A DNA stretch of 64,000 nt from Felis catus. Lineage: Eukaryota. A program made the translations under genes and the position numbers. Of this stretch, positions 1 to 11,535 are shown piece by piece. Positions within the stretch are counted from its first letter, which is position 1, and every line of letters begins with the position of its first letter. The notes beneath the pieces are model-generated. The model saw nothing but the letters and a program-made list of their open reading frames with translations. It was not told the origin of the DNA and searched no databases. The stretch is taken from contig NC_058368.1 in NCBI RefSeq assembly GCF_018350175.1, positions 184,514,001 to 184,578,000 of the forward strand, read 5' to 3'.

Positions 1-265
1 TATGAAATTTAAGAAAAAAAAAACAGATGAACATACAAACCACAAAAGACTCTTAACAAATGAGAATAAATTGAGGGTTGATGGTGGCAGGTGGGTGGCA
101 GATGGTCTAGATAATGATGGGGACTAAGTGGGGCACTCACTGTGTTTAGCATTGGGTATTGTATGTAAGTGATGAATCACTGAATTCTACTCCTGAAACC
201 AATATTGCAGTGTATGTTGGGTAACTAAAATATAAATGAATGAATGAATAAATAAATAAATAAAT
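1..265 (+). mobile_element. Carnivore L1 3' UTR end with (TAAA)n tail
   Basis: Typical carnivore L1 3' end motifs (GAGAATAAATTGAGGGTTG...GATGAATCACTGAATTCTACTCCTGAAACCAATATTG) and A-rich tail. Confidence 0.85.
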
Positions 266-599
266 TTAATTGTCCATATAGAAAGAGCTGTTTTGGAATT
301 CTTTAATAATACTTTTTTAAATAAAACTCATAAAATGATGGAATTTACTACAGTTCTACTAAGCAAGCTACCTAAAATACACATGAAAAATGAGAAGCCC
401 AAACAAATACATGAGGAGACGGGGAGAGAGAGGCTTGACAGAACACTGATGGCTCTACAAACCTGAGATGCCCTATATAGTAACACAGAGCCACTCTTCT
501 TTGTTAAATGACTATTTCCACTGGGCCATTTTTCTTTATTAGAAATATCAGGTTGGACTCTTTTCCCATGAATTCACACACTTAAATCAAAGCTGACAT

Positions 600-850
600 A
601 TCACCCAGGAAAGCAGCAGAGACAACAATTTGACCCATGGTGGGTAAATTCATTAGGAACCAGCACATCTCAGTACCATAGGATGAGTAAAGAACAACTT
701 TTCACAGCTGTGCACAGATCTTGCAAGATTTTTTTTTCTTTCTCCTGACTCACTTTACATACACTTGTAGCACAGTCTCTCAGAGAACATTCCAATGAAA
801 GGAGACTTCTCAGATGCAAAGCCTTTGTTCTTAGGTAACAGTTAGTCATG
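600..850 (-). pseudogene. Weak FN3-like remnant
   Basis: LPKN...VSFHWNV and FTH.YGTE fragments across frameshifts. Confidence 0.3.
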
Positions 851-1108
851 TCTTAAGTATCCAAATCCAAATCCAAATCCAAATCCTCATCCAACATCTA
901 CTTGTATGCCATGCTCCTTTGTGTGATTAAAGGACATAATTCATACAAAAGTTATCTCTGTTTTACAGGCTGTAATTCTCACTTAATTAGAATATAATTA
1001 AAACCAAATAAGGAAACATGCAGATGAATAACTTTATAAGTTATTTTTTCTTTGATAATCAGCCTAAACTTGGAAAATGGTTTTGAGAATTTTGATAGTA
1101 AGCCACTG

Positions 1109-1110
<2 letters not shown>

Positions 1111-1154
<44 letters not shown>
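1111..1154. repeat. (GT)22 microsatellite
   Basis: Direct read. Confidence 0.98.
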
Positions 1155-1155
<1 letters not shown>

Positions 1156-1934
1156 TTCCCCTGAAAGGCACTCATACAGAGAGCATTTTAATTTTCCATG
1201 GTATTGCTATTTTGACCTCTGAGACCTTGCAAAGTAAAGTATTTATGATCCTGGGCTTTTTTATGGTATTGTTTCAATATTTTTGTAACATTTGTATTTC
1301 TTGCTGATGTTTTTGGCATTAAAAATCACTCAAGCTGTGCTGAAATATAATGGTATTCACTGAACCCTACCATGGAAGGATAATTCAGTTCAGTGAGGTT
1401 ATTCTAGCTCATCATGTACACAAAGGATTGAAAGAAATTGTAGAAGATTCTCAGTTCTCTACATGGGCAGCATTGAGTGGTTTTTTTTTTCCCTCTAATA
1501 ACTTGACATAGAAAAACCTTCACTTGAATATAAAAATATCCAGCTTTAAGTCTTTAGAGCAAACCAAAGGAACAATACAATGGCATAAGTATAAGGAAGC
1601 AAAGTACTGGTGAACAGTTGCTCTGGATCACTAATTTCATCTTAGTCAGACAAAAATCAAACCTCAACAAATGGCCTTCATTCCCAGTTTCAACACATCC
1701 CTATCAAGTCCCCTAAATGACTAGTCTCAAACTCCATTAGAGTGGTGGAATGTGCCGTTATAAGTATAAACCAGGATGTATACTTAAGTTGTTCCTAACT
1801 ATAGATATTCATAATGCCTGAGTTTGACTGTTATGCTTATACCATTTTGTATCTACTTTGCAATTTCTATCCCAAGAATAGAGCAATGCTTTCTGTCTTT
1901 TGCCACTCAGCTTCAGATATCAATTACATATCAC

Positions 1935-2265
1935 CCAATATTATTTGACTTTTTATATATTTTTCTCTTTTGATTGGTTCATCATTCAAGTTTGGCATTG
2001 ATTATACAACATTAACTTCTAAGGGATAAATACAAAAGCTGACTGGTCAAAGCACTAATATTTGTATGTCTAAAGACAGAGAGATAGATAATCTTTAATA
2101 GACATATCTTTTTCTTCAATTACCCAAGACAAATACATTTTGAAATACAAATGAATGAGACCTTAAATTGAGTGTACATATCTGGTAGAAGCCATAAATT
2201 CCTACTGAAGATGAAAACCAGATCTTCCAAGGTTTACTCCCTGTAGGTAAGTAAAAGTAAATACC
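1935..2265 (-). pseudogene. FN3-like exon remnant
   Basis: TYLQGVNLGRSGFHLQ* (TAG for TGG Trp) and, after a frameshift, RHTNISALTSQLLY (L-x5-Y spacing). Confidence 0.65.
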
Positions 2266-2289
2266 GTTGCAATATTCAAATACAGGAGA

Positions 2290-2430
2290 CTGCTTAAACA
2301 CATGGGCTCTTGGATCTGACAAAGCTAAGTTCAAGTGATGTCCTGCTATGTGTCTGCTTGGTGACTCTGGGCAAGTTTCTCAGTCCCTTTAAAGCTCAAT
2401 TCTGTCATCTGTAAAATGGGTATAGTAATA
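2290..2430 (+). mobile_element. MIR SINE fragment
   Basis: Core motif GTGACTCTGGGCAAGTT...TCATCTGTAAAATGGG. Confidence 0.8.
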
Positions 2431-3360
2431 GTTTGGTTTCTGGTTCAGTTGCTATAGCAGACTATAAAATAATACTGACTCAAACAAAATAAAAGTTTCT
2501 CTCAAATGACAAGCTAAGCATTACACGCTAATACAACAGCTTTATGGTGCCAGGGACAGGGCTCATTCTGTCATATGGCTCTGCCATCCTCAATATTTCA
2601 GCAAAAAAAAAAAATTGCTGCTTATGCTCTTATCATTTCCATGTATCAGCCAGTGAAAAGTGAATAAATAGGAGGTGGACTCCAAGGTGCATTTTTGTAG
2701 GTACACTACAAAAATAATCATCATTCTCCACTCTTCCCATATCTATGCCTCTTCACAAGGTGACTTTGTAGTAACTTCAGAAAGTAGTTTATTTTTCTAC
2801 TCCTTGAATGCATGAGTGCCTTGAGTCTTACTTTATAACCAAAAGAATGCATCAAAAATGAGTTCTGGATCTAGATTTCAACAGGTCTCATTGCTCTCTT
2901 GGTGCCCTGACAGGCACTGTGTAAATGTGCCCAGATTAGCCTGGAATAAAGAAAGACATGTAGCCTCAGCTGATAGTCATTGCCTCAGGTGATGGGCAGC
3001 CTCACCTGATCTGATAGCTAATCACAGATGTGAACTCAGATAACACCACAATACTCCATTAGCTGAGCCCAGCCCAAATTGCCAACCTGCAGAATTATGA
3101 GTAACAGTAAATTATTGTTGTTTAAAGTCACTAAATTTGGAGGTGGCTTTTTTGGCAGCAAGTGATAAAAGAAAAAAAGAAAGCTTTCCTTTTAATGCTA
3201 TGACTCAGAATCTGCACATATCACTTCTACTATTGTTAGTCAAATGGCCATAGTAGCTGCAAGGGAAGCTGAGAAATGCAGCTACAGCTAGGTTACTCTT
3301 ACTAAAGGAAGAAAAGAGGAATGTAGAGAATTTATACTGGCAGACAACTAGTTCTTTAGC
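2431..3360 (-). mobile_element. Old MaLR LTR (MLT1J/K-like) split by another MLT1 LTR
   Basis: CAGGGACAGGGCTCATTC...CTGCCATCC (left part) and CACATATCACTTCT...AGCTGCAAGGGAAGCTGAGAAATG (right part, 3180-3360). Confidence 0.6.
2696..3168 (+). mobile_element. MLT1H-like MaLR solo LTR
   Basis: 3' motif GCTGAGCCCAGCCCAAATTGCCAACC...TTTAAAGTCACTAAATTTGG. Confidence 0.75.
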
Positions 3361-3531
3361 CCGTTAAGATAAAAATGCAATGTGAAATTAAGTGTAACAG
3401 TCTTGTCTCAATAACCAGAACCTAGAAAGGGTCCAATAAAGGTTTGATGTCATTTATATTCAGAATCGTAAATAATTGACATTTGTTTAAAGGGTCACAA
3501 AGAATAGTCAGGAATGTCAAATTGTCTGTAC

Positions 3532-3770
3532 CTATATCTGGTTTCTCCATTATCTTCCAGCAACCCTTCTCTTGTTCCAAACTAAGTTCAAGAATCACAA
3601 TGGAAGAAGATCCATAGAGAGAATATGAAGAGTGACGTTGAAACACTGCATCTACTACTGATGTGATATGGACAAAGTCTAGATGTCTATTAGAAAAGAT
3701 TAGATAGAGCTTATGGCATAAAGCCAGGGGATAGGACTGAAGGAAGTCCTTTCAATTTCATCATCTGTCA
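3532..3770 (-). pseudogene. FN3-like exon remnant (239 nt)
   Basis: Acceptor tttgttgtacag|TG, VTDDEIERTSFS..W, HKLYLIFSN, donor ATATAG|gtacag. Confidence 0.6.
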
Positions 3771-4527
3771 CTGTACAACAAATAGAGAATGTCACTGGGC
3801 AATTGTCAGAACTCAGAGTGAAAAGGGCTTTTCTGTTTTTCCTTTTTTTTTTTTTTTTTTGGCCGTTTTGCTTGCTGTTATTGGAGTTTTGTTAAATAAA
3901 TTTTTTAAAAAGGTAGTGGGTGTGGTAGTAAACTATCTTGGCCTTGGGGAGAGAAATAAAATAGGTGTCCATTTCCTACATCCAATTTATGTGTCTTTTT
4001 ACAGTTGTAATGGAAAAGAAATGAACGATAAGAGCAGAATGGGAGATGGGCTGTGAGAAACTGACAGAAAAGAAATCTAAAAATAAAGCCTTTGAAAGAG
4101 TTTGATGGATGTGTACAAACCCCACCCCCCATAAAAGATGATCACTTATTAACCAGCTACATGATTACCTAATGGTAAGTGTAGAACAAGTGAGAATACA
4201 TTTAAAAAAAACTTTAGTTAAGAGCACATATTCACCTGTATTTTGAAATCCGATGTTTTGAGTTATCCCCCAGACTACTGGCTAACCTCACTGTTGGTAA
4301 ACAGTTATTATTGTGTGAATCACCTCTCTCTCCTTCTAGAGTTTCTACAAATTCAGAATTTGCTATTTTAAGTCAAATGCTGAAACAACCTGAAAAAGTA
4401 TAACTAAGGGACCCTAGATAGAAGAAAGATTAAATAATCAATAAGTAAAGTGACACATGCACAAAAGAATGAGACAGCAGTGAGATGCAGGGCATGCATG
4501 GGCCATCTTGTGAGTGGCAGTATTTAC

Positions 4528-4830
4528 AGAATATGTCCAACTGAAACACAAGGAAGGGTTTAAGGTCAACAACTAGAAAAACAGAAAGCCAGAAGAAAGA
4601 AGGCTTTGTCAGGAGTCATATATGGATAAGGCCTAAAAGCTGAGAGTGGTGTGTTGAAAGGTGAGCCAGAGAATATAAAGGACATTCCAAAGAAGAATAA
4701 CTTCAGAAATCGGAGAAGGATCATAGACCAAGACAACGGCAGAGAGAAAAGGAAGATGAATAGCTCCAAAGCACATCTTTAGGAATATTTGTTTTATTCA
4801 CAATGATTAAGAAGCAAATACCTATGTCAC
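4528..4830 (-). pseudogene. FN3-like exon remnant
   Basis: NIPKDVL..SSSFSL and HTTLSF*AL; ag|GT at 4830 and |gtaaat at 4528. Confidence 0.5.
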
Positions 4831-5124
4831 CTACAGCAGTTGGTACTTTAAAATATGAGACACTGTTGGTATAACTATGAAAGGATTAGGAAGTTGTAAT
4901 ATACAGCATAAGAGGAACCCAATCAAAGATTAAAGCATGATACCCAAAAGATATAAGTCATCATTTCCAGAGAATATTCAAAGGATTACTAGTCTCTCCT
5001 GAGGGTAATAGATATTACATAAAAACAATATAAAACACATCCAGGTTATATGTGGTTCTAGAAGTGTCTTTCCTGCAGAGAATATTGAGAGCTAACATGC
5101 CTTGTGATACTCCAAAAGGGAAGT

Positions 5125-5305
5125 GTGTGGTAAATACCTGTTCTTTGTTCCTCATCATCACCTGGTCACTTTTCATTTGGGGAGCAAAATGGTTGCTTGC
5201 ATTGGGATTTTCCATGGGAGTGCTCAGGTTACATCCCCTCTCCCAAACTAGTGGACACGTGACCAAGTCAAGGCTAATCAGGTTCTCCCTCCTAAAAATG
5301 TGCTG
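5125..5305 (+). mobile_element. ERVL LTR fragment (LTR33/LTR16-like)
   Basis: GGACACGTGACCAAGTCAAGGCTAATCAG motif. Confidence 0.45.
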
Positions 5306-5694
5306 CTTTAACAGATGGACATAAGGATAAAAAATTGCCCTGAAGCATCATTGCTCTATTCCTACTAATGGACTCTCCCTTCTTTGCAAGGTCTAGTGAT
5401 TCAGGTTTCCTTAGAGGTTCTGAGCTTTCCCAAATTCTTCTATGAATTCCACTCAGGCTTGACAGTCAGAGTTCTTTTTTTGAAACTAACTCACTCTGAG
5501 GGGAGCAGTTTGCAACACTTTACAGATACACTTGACTCCGGATTTTTTTTTCCTTTTTGGCAAAATAGCACACTACATGGGTTATCTTCAGAATACATAA
5601 TGCTGTAGATAATAACAGAGGGCTTTTGGAACATATTAGGGGAAGATAAACTGTACTCCATGCTTATATTCATTCATCACCAAGCAAGGAGTAC

Positions 5695-6032
5695 CAACAC
5701 ATCCCTCTCATCATATTCTTGCCACAGAAAGCTTTATTAAAATGGCGATAATTATGGTGAAATCATCACACAAAGATACTATATTGGCATCAGGATCATC
5801 AAAGGTCAGATGACTCCTAGTCTGAGGAGAAAGGTAATGTCCTCAGCTAAGTATAGGATTTACCAGGGTATGATATTTAAAAATGACTATAGAGGGAGCC
5901 CTGAGCTTACCACAAGGCAGGACCTTCCTAGAGAATAATAAGCCTAGGGGAAGTACCTCTCACAAGTCTCCTCCCAAAACCTAGTAATGTGGAAGAATTT
6001 CAGGAAAAAAAAAACCTTCTTAAGGATATTCA
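5695..6032 (-). pseudogene. FN3-like exon remnant
   Basis: Acceptor cttttcataag|TG, NILKKVF, FHITR (AGG for TGG), SHLTFDDPDANI.YLCVMISP. Confidence 0.6.
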
Positions 6033-6579
6033 CTTATGAAAAGCAAAATTTCCCTAATATAGGGCACAACAAAGAAATATTCCCCAGATAAGAAAATAGG
6101 GGGAAGAAGAGGGTCCAAATGGAAAGAAAGAATAAAAAGGTACCACAAGAATATACCCAAATCATATTAACGCTGTATTTCTACAAAAACATGTCTAGAA
6201 ACAACAATAGTATTCATAATGTTCATGGCTATTGCAAATAATATGATTATTATTCATAATATGATTTTGGTTCTATTCCATTTATATTATAAGCCATTAA
6301 CCCCATTATACAGATAAAAAAATGAGTTGCATTCTATTCTCTTTATACTACAAGCTATCATACCATTACAGAGATGAGAAAACTGAGACAGGAAGGTAGG
6401 CTAGCATTCTAAGGACCTACCTCTTTAACCCATTTAAACTTCCCCTCAGTAAATTCTCTTTCCCTAATTGTTTTCCTCTCTATCCCACAAAAAATGCAAA
6501 TCATCCGTAGCAATAATGATGGTAAAAGGAAATTGTATATAGATATGTAGGCATAATATGCCTACACATATATACATAC

Positions 6580-6789
6580 TCAAACTTATTCAAAAGAATG
6601 CCTGAGAAGAGTAGAGTGAGGCCCTGAAAGGGATAGGAAGAAGAAATGAAAAAATAGTCTTGAAGAGCACCAAGAAACATATCTTTCTCTGTCTGGATAA
6701 CAGTAAAATTAGATATGTTTTGTGGTAGGTATTGAGAATTTTGAGGAAATGCAAGCTTGAAGAAGTTCTTGGAGAAGTACGCAGAGTCA
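6580..6789 (-). pseudogene. FN3-like exon remnant (paralog of the 8017 exon)
   Basis: Acceptor ttttctttccag|TG, VTLRTSPRTSSSLHF, YHKTYLIL; DNA homology to 7978-8150. Confidence 0.55.
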
Positions 6790-7148
6790 CTGGAAAGAAA
6801 AAAACAACAACATGTTTTCTGTTTACTGAGTCTTCTGACCTGGACTAGGATCCCCTTTTCTACTAACTCATCTTTTATCCATGTAGGATAGAGATATTTG
6901 TCTCTGATGGAAATGAAATGAATGCTCTTAGGGCAAATCAGTTATGTGCGGTTGCACTGTGTTCACATAAATTCTAACAACTCTTCCCAGCTCTCACAAG
7001 AATACTTTTTGCAATTTAAAATTTTTACAATTTTATCATGAACTTTCAGTTTGGTCAGGCTTTGTCAGGACTTCCAATGTCTTTATTTTACCTTTATTCT
7101 AAATTAATGAAGACTGTTTCAAAATTAGAAGTCGTCTTCATCAGGTAC

Positions 7149-7370
7149 CTCAAACTCAGATGACACCAGAATCTAGGCAAATGGCATAAGTGAATGAAGC
7201 AATCTATGTGTGAAAAAAAAATTGTATGGTCATCTTGGTCTGCCTACCATTTGCCCACTTTTCAGAATGGCCTGGAGGCAGAAACCAATCTCCCAAAGAA
7301 ATGTTACCACAAAAGTGCAATGATAATGACAAAAAACAACACTGGTCTTGATCTCAGAGAGATAATAAAG
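7149..7370 (-). pseudogene. FN3-like exon remnant
   Basis: SEIKTSVVF and TIFFSHIDCFI..YAICLDS; donor TTTGAG|gtacc. Confidence 0.45.
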
Positions 7371-7441
7371 CATGGGTAGGTACTGTCACAAACTGACAAA
7401 TACTTGATCATCTAAAGCTGGCAGCTGCTACCCAGCCTTAC

Positions 7442-8017
7442 CTATATGTGCCATGCCTGAAGTGTAGATTCCAATACTGTCAGATGTTCTGAATTTTTAA
7501 GCAAAATGTGGTGGATACCAAAAATATCCCTGCTTCCTGTGTCTATGCCCTTTGGCTTATAACTATATAATGTCTTCATACTCGAACTATGGGATTTCCT
7601 ATGTCCTTCTTTTGACCAACAGAATAAAGTACAAGTGACAGTAATGCCAGAGTTTCTAAACCTAGAGCTTAAAGTCTTACACATTTCTGCATACTCTTAT
7701 TTTATTTTTACCATCAGCATGAGAACACATATTTAAGAGTCAAGGATACAGAGAAAAGACAAATTGCCCTAGCTGAAAGCCAGATGTGTGAGCCCACCAA
7801 GATCAAGGAAGCCACATAACTAAACCTCAATTTATCCTAGACACATGAGTAATAAACTTACTTTTTGCATGCCACCAAAGCTTTGTGGTTGTTTGCTCTG
7901 CAGCATTATCATGGTAGTAGATAACTGATACACAAATCCAGGTTCCTAGGTGAAATCTTCTGACTTTCACGATTTGTACCTGAAAGAAGTTCTTGAAAAA
8001 CCATCATGCTGAGTTAC
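7442..8017 (-). pseudogene. FN3-like exon remnant interrupted by an MLT1 LTR
   Basis: Poly-C + cag|GTAACT, VTQHDGFSRTSFRYKS; resumes at 7501 and ends ATATAG|gtaagg. Confidence 0.55.
7507..7932 (+). mobile_element. MLT1I-like MaLR solo LTR
   Basis: TGTGG start, ...GCAGCATTATCATGGTAGTAGATAACTGATACA end, flanks CAAAA/CAAAT (5-bp TSD, 1 mismatch). Confidence 0.8.
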
Positions 8018-8019
8018 CT

Positions 8020-8043
8020 GGGGGGGGGGGGGGGGGGGGGGGG
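8020..8043 (+). repeat. G24 homopolymer
   Basis: Direct read. Confidence 0.95.
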
Positions 8044-8368
8044 ATGTTTTCCATCTATTTATTACGTTTCTTGGCCTCCACTAGCTTTCCTTTTCTAACA
8101 ACCTTTCCTTTATCCATGTAGGGTATAGGTATTTCGCCTATGATGAAAGTTTTTTTTTTTTTACATTAGCAACAAATTCATGGTTTTTAAACAATGCAAC
8201 ACAATTCAAACACAATGTTCTGTGAATTGAACCCAGACCACACACCATTATTTAGCGGTCTCTATTACAGTCTAATCCCTTCATTTTACAGTTAAGGAAA
8301 AGGCATCCCTATTTTGGAAAATATCTTTTCCAACATGAAGTAGCTGGACCTCAGATGAGTTGATTCAC

Positions 8369-8642
8369 CTAATTTGATCACTTTTTAAAAAGCATCTTAG
8401 TGTCTTCCTTTGAGTGCATGGGTATTTCCAAAATCACTCAGGTCTTCCTTCCCCATCATTTCTGCAACTTTGTTTTTGTCCAGAGGCTAGATCCACATCA
8501 AGAATCTAAACTACAGTCATCTCTACAAACTTCATCTGAGCACTGTCAGCTACTATGTTCTGAGCAGGGGTTTGAATTCTCTTTTTTCCCAGGAAAGGTA
8601 ATACTTCTAAAAATGTGCTTGAGGCCACAAACTTAGTATATT
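8369..8642 (-). pseudogene. FN3-like exon remnant (274 nt)
   Basis: YTKFVASSTF.RSITF.WEK and DLASGQK.KVA; aag|AA acceptor, TTAG|gtgaat donor. Confidence 0.7.
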
Positions 8643-8975
8643 CTTTCAGCATTAAACTCACACCACCTCTCTCCACAATACAAATGAATAAATGATGCTT
8701 CTACTTTAAAATGGAATAATTTTTACACAATGCTGACTAAGGCAAAATTCCCATGAAATCTGGTTAATGCTGGTCTTGGCCAAGCAAAAAACAAACTTAG
8801 GATAAGAGCAGACAGGCAAATTGTAATAAGGTATGTGTCCATTCATTTAGAAAAAAGTTTCTCTTTTACAGAACTACTGAAGGAGAACCCAATTGAAAGT
8901 TGTTGATTATTGTTTTAGCCAGGATTCATAAAGAGACTGAACAGCTGCACACTTTATTAGATCTAATCTAAATAC

Positions 8976-9370
8976 CTGCTCCTTGTATTTTGTGCTGGGA
9001 GATATTTATGTTATCAATTCAACTTTATACTAACCATCAGGAAGAATACTCCCCATAGCTCTGCCGACTCAAAATAATGACTTGTAAGGGAGCCCTAATG
9101 ACAGAACAAGGGGCAATTATAGACCCAGCATGAGACTTAGAATAACTGTGTGATGTATTTTGTGCACTTGATTGACCTCATGTTCAAGTTCGTTTGTGCC
9201 TCACTGTTGTAGATACTGCCTATGCCTCAGGGTATATGCCTTGTTAATTTCAATATAAAAAGACAGAACAGATTAGATCAGATGGCTCAAACAAAAAACA
9301 AAGGGCACCAGTGCTTGGCGGAGGAAAAGTGATGGCACATTGGGGTCTACCAGAAAGAACCATCAAATAT
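8976..9370 (-). pseudogene. FN3-like exon remnant
   Basis: CTAAC branch + pyrimidine tract + aag; YLMVLS.VDPN, SFYIEI, HTVILSLMLGL*. Confidence 0.55.
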
Positions 9371-9771
9371 CTTTCAGGGAAGAATGAGAAGTTAGAATAA
9401 TCAATATGGAATGTTAATTCATTTCCACTCTTGAGAGAACTAAAACAATGTACATCTTCTTGTGTCTACATAATTGTGGTGGCTCCGGGAGGACTTAAAA
9501 TTTATTGTAAAATGAGAGGGATAGGAAAACAAAGAGAACAAGAATTCAATATAAAATAAGGTTACTGTGAGATGTCCGTAGATTATATTGCCTTACAGCA
9601 AAATCATTTGGCACTGTCTTCTGTATATGTTACTTTGAAATACATTCCTGCTGTGCTGTAATTCACTGAATGACAGAGTGAGGAAGGGAGTCTCTTTTCC
9701 CAAGGGGTTGTTTATAAACCTAATTCTAAACATGCTTACTTAAATGGGAGGAGGCATTAAAAGAAGAGATG

Positions 9772-10070
9772 CAGTAGAAACTGTTGTTTGTTTTATCAAT
9801 GTTAGTGTTTAGACAAGAAGAAGAAGAAGAAGAAGAAGAAGAAGAAGAAGAAGAAGACGACGACGAGGAGGAAGAAAGAGGAGGAGGAGAAGGAGAAGAA
9901 GAAGAAATCCTCTTGATTTGTTGTGTACAAAATTATAGAGGGAGTTCAAGCACATAACGATATTACAGACTGACTTGAAAACAACATAGAATAACTGGCA
10001 CTTATGCAATTTCTCAGAAACATAGCTTTGATTCTAAATTGGTTGAAAAGAGGCATTCCAAAATAGTCAT
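9772..10070 (-). pseudogene. FN3-like remnant containing an expanded microsatellite
   Basis: MTI.WNAS, CLNSLYNFV, and TTVST after the repeat. Confidence 0.45.
9815..9906 (+). repeat. Compound (GAA)n(GAC)n(GAG)n repeat
   Basis: Direct read. Confidence 0.95.
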
Positions 10071-10075
10071 TTCAT

Positions 10076-10393
10076 CAGTCTTGGTTGTTTGTTAATAGTA
10101 CCATCTAGCTAACTCCGCCTACCCTTTCAAAGTGGTTATTAGAAAAACCTTACAAAAGCCTTGGTGAAAACTTGAAATCAATGTTTTCTAAATGATACTG
10201 GGAACCACATCTTTTCTCTTCTATTGTTAGCCATTCAATCTTTGAGAAAATGCATAACTAATAAGTAATATTGAAGGAGGAAGCTCCTAACTCAGAATAT
10301 ACAAATAAACTGCCAACCTAGTGAGGAATACAGACACATACTGCCAAGTGATTACAAACTGGAACATGGGAATCTATTCCATATTTATCCAGC
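10076..10393 (-). pseudogene. FN3-like exon remnant, 318 nt, single frame with 7 stops
   Basis: Acceptor tttttcag|GC; INME*IPMFQFVITWQ ... KTLISSFHQGFCKVFLITTLKG ... TTKT. Confidence 0.7.
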
Positions 10394-10496
10394 CTGAAAA
10401 ATTTAGACTAGAAATGGTTTATAACTAAAACCATAGGAATTTGAGAGCTATTATAGAAAAAGACAATATGTTGATATTTCCCACACCTATTTTTAC

Positions 10497-10786
10497 CTCA
10501 AATGTTAGGAAAAGAGTAGGAAATGTAGGTTCAAACATGCAGTACTTTTTTTAAAAGTTGATTTTCAATAGGCTGCCAAATTTTAAAAAACAAATATTAG
10601 TAAGCTCTCTTCAAAACAGTAGTCAGATAAAATATACTGATTTTAAATAGAATGTAGAATGGATTTTCAGATTTCCCTGAGAAAATAGATTTCTGACTGA
10701 AAGCTCTTGATTTAGGAAAGATATTTCTTCTCCACTGAGGCAATATCCTCTGTTAACACAGAGTAACTAATAAGATGCAGGCAATC
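10497..10786 (-). pseudogene. FN3-like exon remnant (290 nt, both splice sites intact)
   Basis: tttgttttattag|GA, GLPASY*L, ILPQWR (shifted frame), NICFLKFGSLLKINF, TTTGAG|gtaaaa. Confidence 0.65.
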
Positions 10787-10849
10787 CTAATAAAACAAAC
10801 ATAGCACATGTGACTGATTCATTAATTTTAGACCACTGCCTTTCAATTT

Positions 10850-11130
10850 TACTTTAACAACACTGGCACCACTATTCCCCCCAATTAAACCAAAGAGAAA
10901 ACTCTCAGAAATAAGACAGATAATGATATTATTTTATAGTGGATGTCTTTAAAGAAATATAAATGCACTGATTTAAAGTCATTAAGTTAGAAAAATAAAG
11001 CTATTTTCATGATATCAACAATTAGAAAGTCCAAATGCAGACACAAGCCTTGTCATATAACAGCCTTTGATTTGCCCTCTTTCAGCATTTCATTCAACTA
11101 AAGTTGAAGAAAGTTGGATTAAAAAAAGTC
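10850..11130 (-). pseudogene. FN3-like exon remnant
   Basis: NPTFFNFS* (TGA for TGG), GQIKGCYM, LKTSTIK*Y, GGNSGASVVKV. Confidence 0.65.
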
Positions 11131-11535
11131 TGTGATTTGGACATATTTTGGCCAGAAAGCATCTATTCATCATTCATCCAGTAAGGTGATTTTCCTCTGG
11201 AAGATGCCTCCCCAATTTCTAGTTCACACATTTGGGGATATTTGTAGTTCCACCCATGGCATGTGACTCAATTCTGGCCAATCAGACTTCTTTATTTTTC
11301 CTGGCAAGAATTGCTTCGAAACAGAGTATCTGACACAGTTGAGATTCACAAAAGAAGCAAATTCTGAACATTTTCTTGCGATTATTGGGAGAGTCACTGG
11401 ATTTGAATCTGGAAGAATTTGGTCTGGAGCTAGTCGCAGCCATCTTAATATTATATAGAACCCTGAGAATGATTCCACCAAAATAGAAGACATCTCTATA
11501 AGATAAAGTGAAAATAAATTCTGATACATTCGTTT
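11131..11535 (+). mobile_element. LTR16C-like ERVL LTR (3' truncated)
   Basis: GCATGTGACTCAATTCTGGCCAATCAGA and CTGGAGCTAGTCGCAGCCATCTT motifs. Confidence 0.7.

Noticed and set aside
1077..1307. ORF with a CVCV tract (likewise 27882-28073, 31455-31685 and the poly-Leu part of 9809-10009)
   Set aside because: Open frames produced by microsatellites and SINE CT tracts.
6546..6566. 10-bp-arm palindrome TGTAGGCATA-A-TATGCCTACA
   Set aside because: Short, in TA/CA-rich context, with no associated element.
4601..7070. 14-bp exact match AGGCTTTGTCAGGA at 4601 and ~7057
   Set aside because: Several such matches are expected by chance in 64 kb; flanks do not extend.
2116..8017. Initial reading of the exon remnants as SEA domains (FNVTLHI, GS..DLVFIF)
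   Set aside because: Not reproducible across units; FN3 Trp and L-x-P-G-x-x-Y spacing recurs far more consistently.
7980..8043. Recursive splice site (poly-C CAG|GTAACT with a 38-nt RS-exon)
   Set aside because: Better explained as the acceptor of a paralogous FN3 exon; there is no evidence of an active host transcript.
9420..9493. Extra FN3 start (aag|..LPEPPQL)
   Set aside because: Too close to the next unit and lacks C-terminal motifs; not counted.
11131..11162. PKYVQITD as the FN3 strand A of the 10850-11130 unit
   Set aside because: Overlaps the probable start of the LTR16-like element, so it may be coincidental.
11224..11529. 101-aa minus-strand ORF
   Set aside because: Lies within the LTR16-like element.
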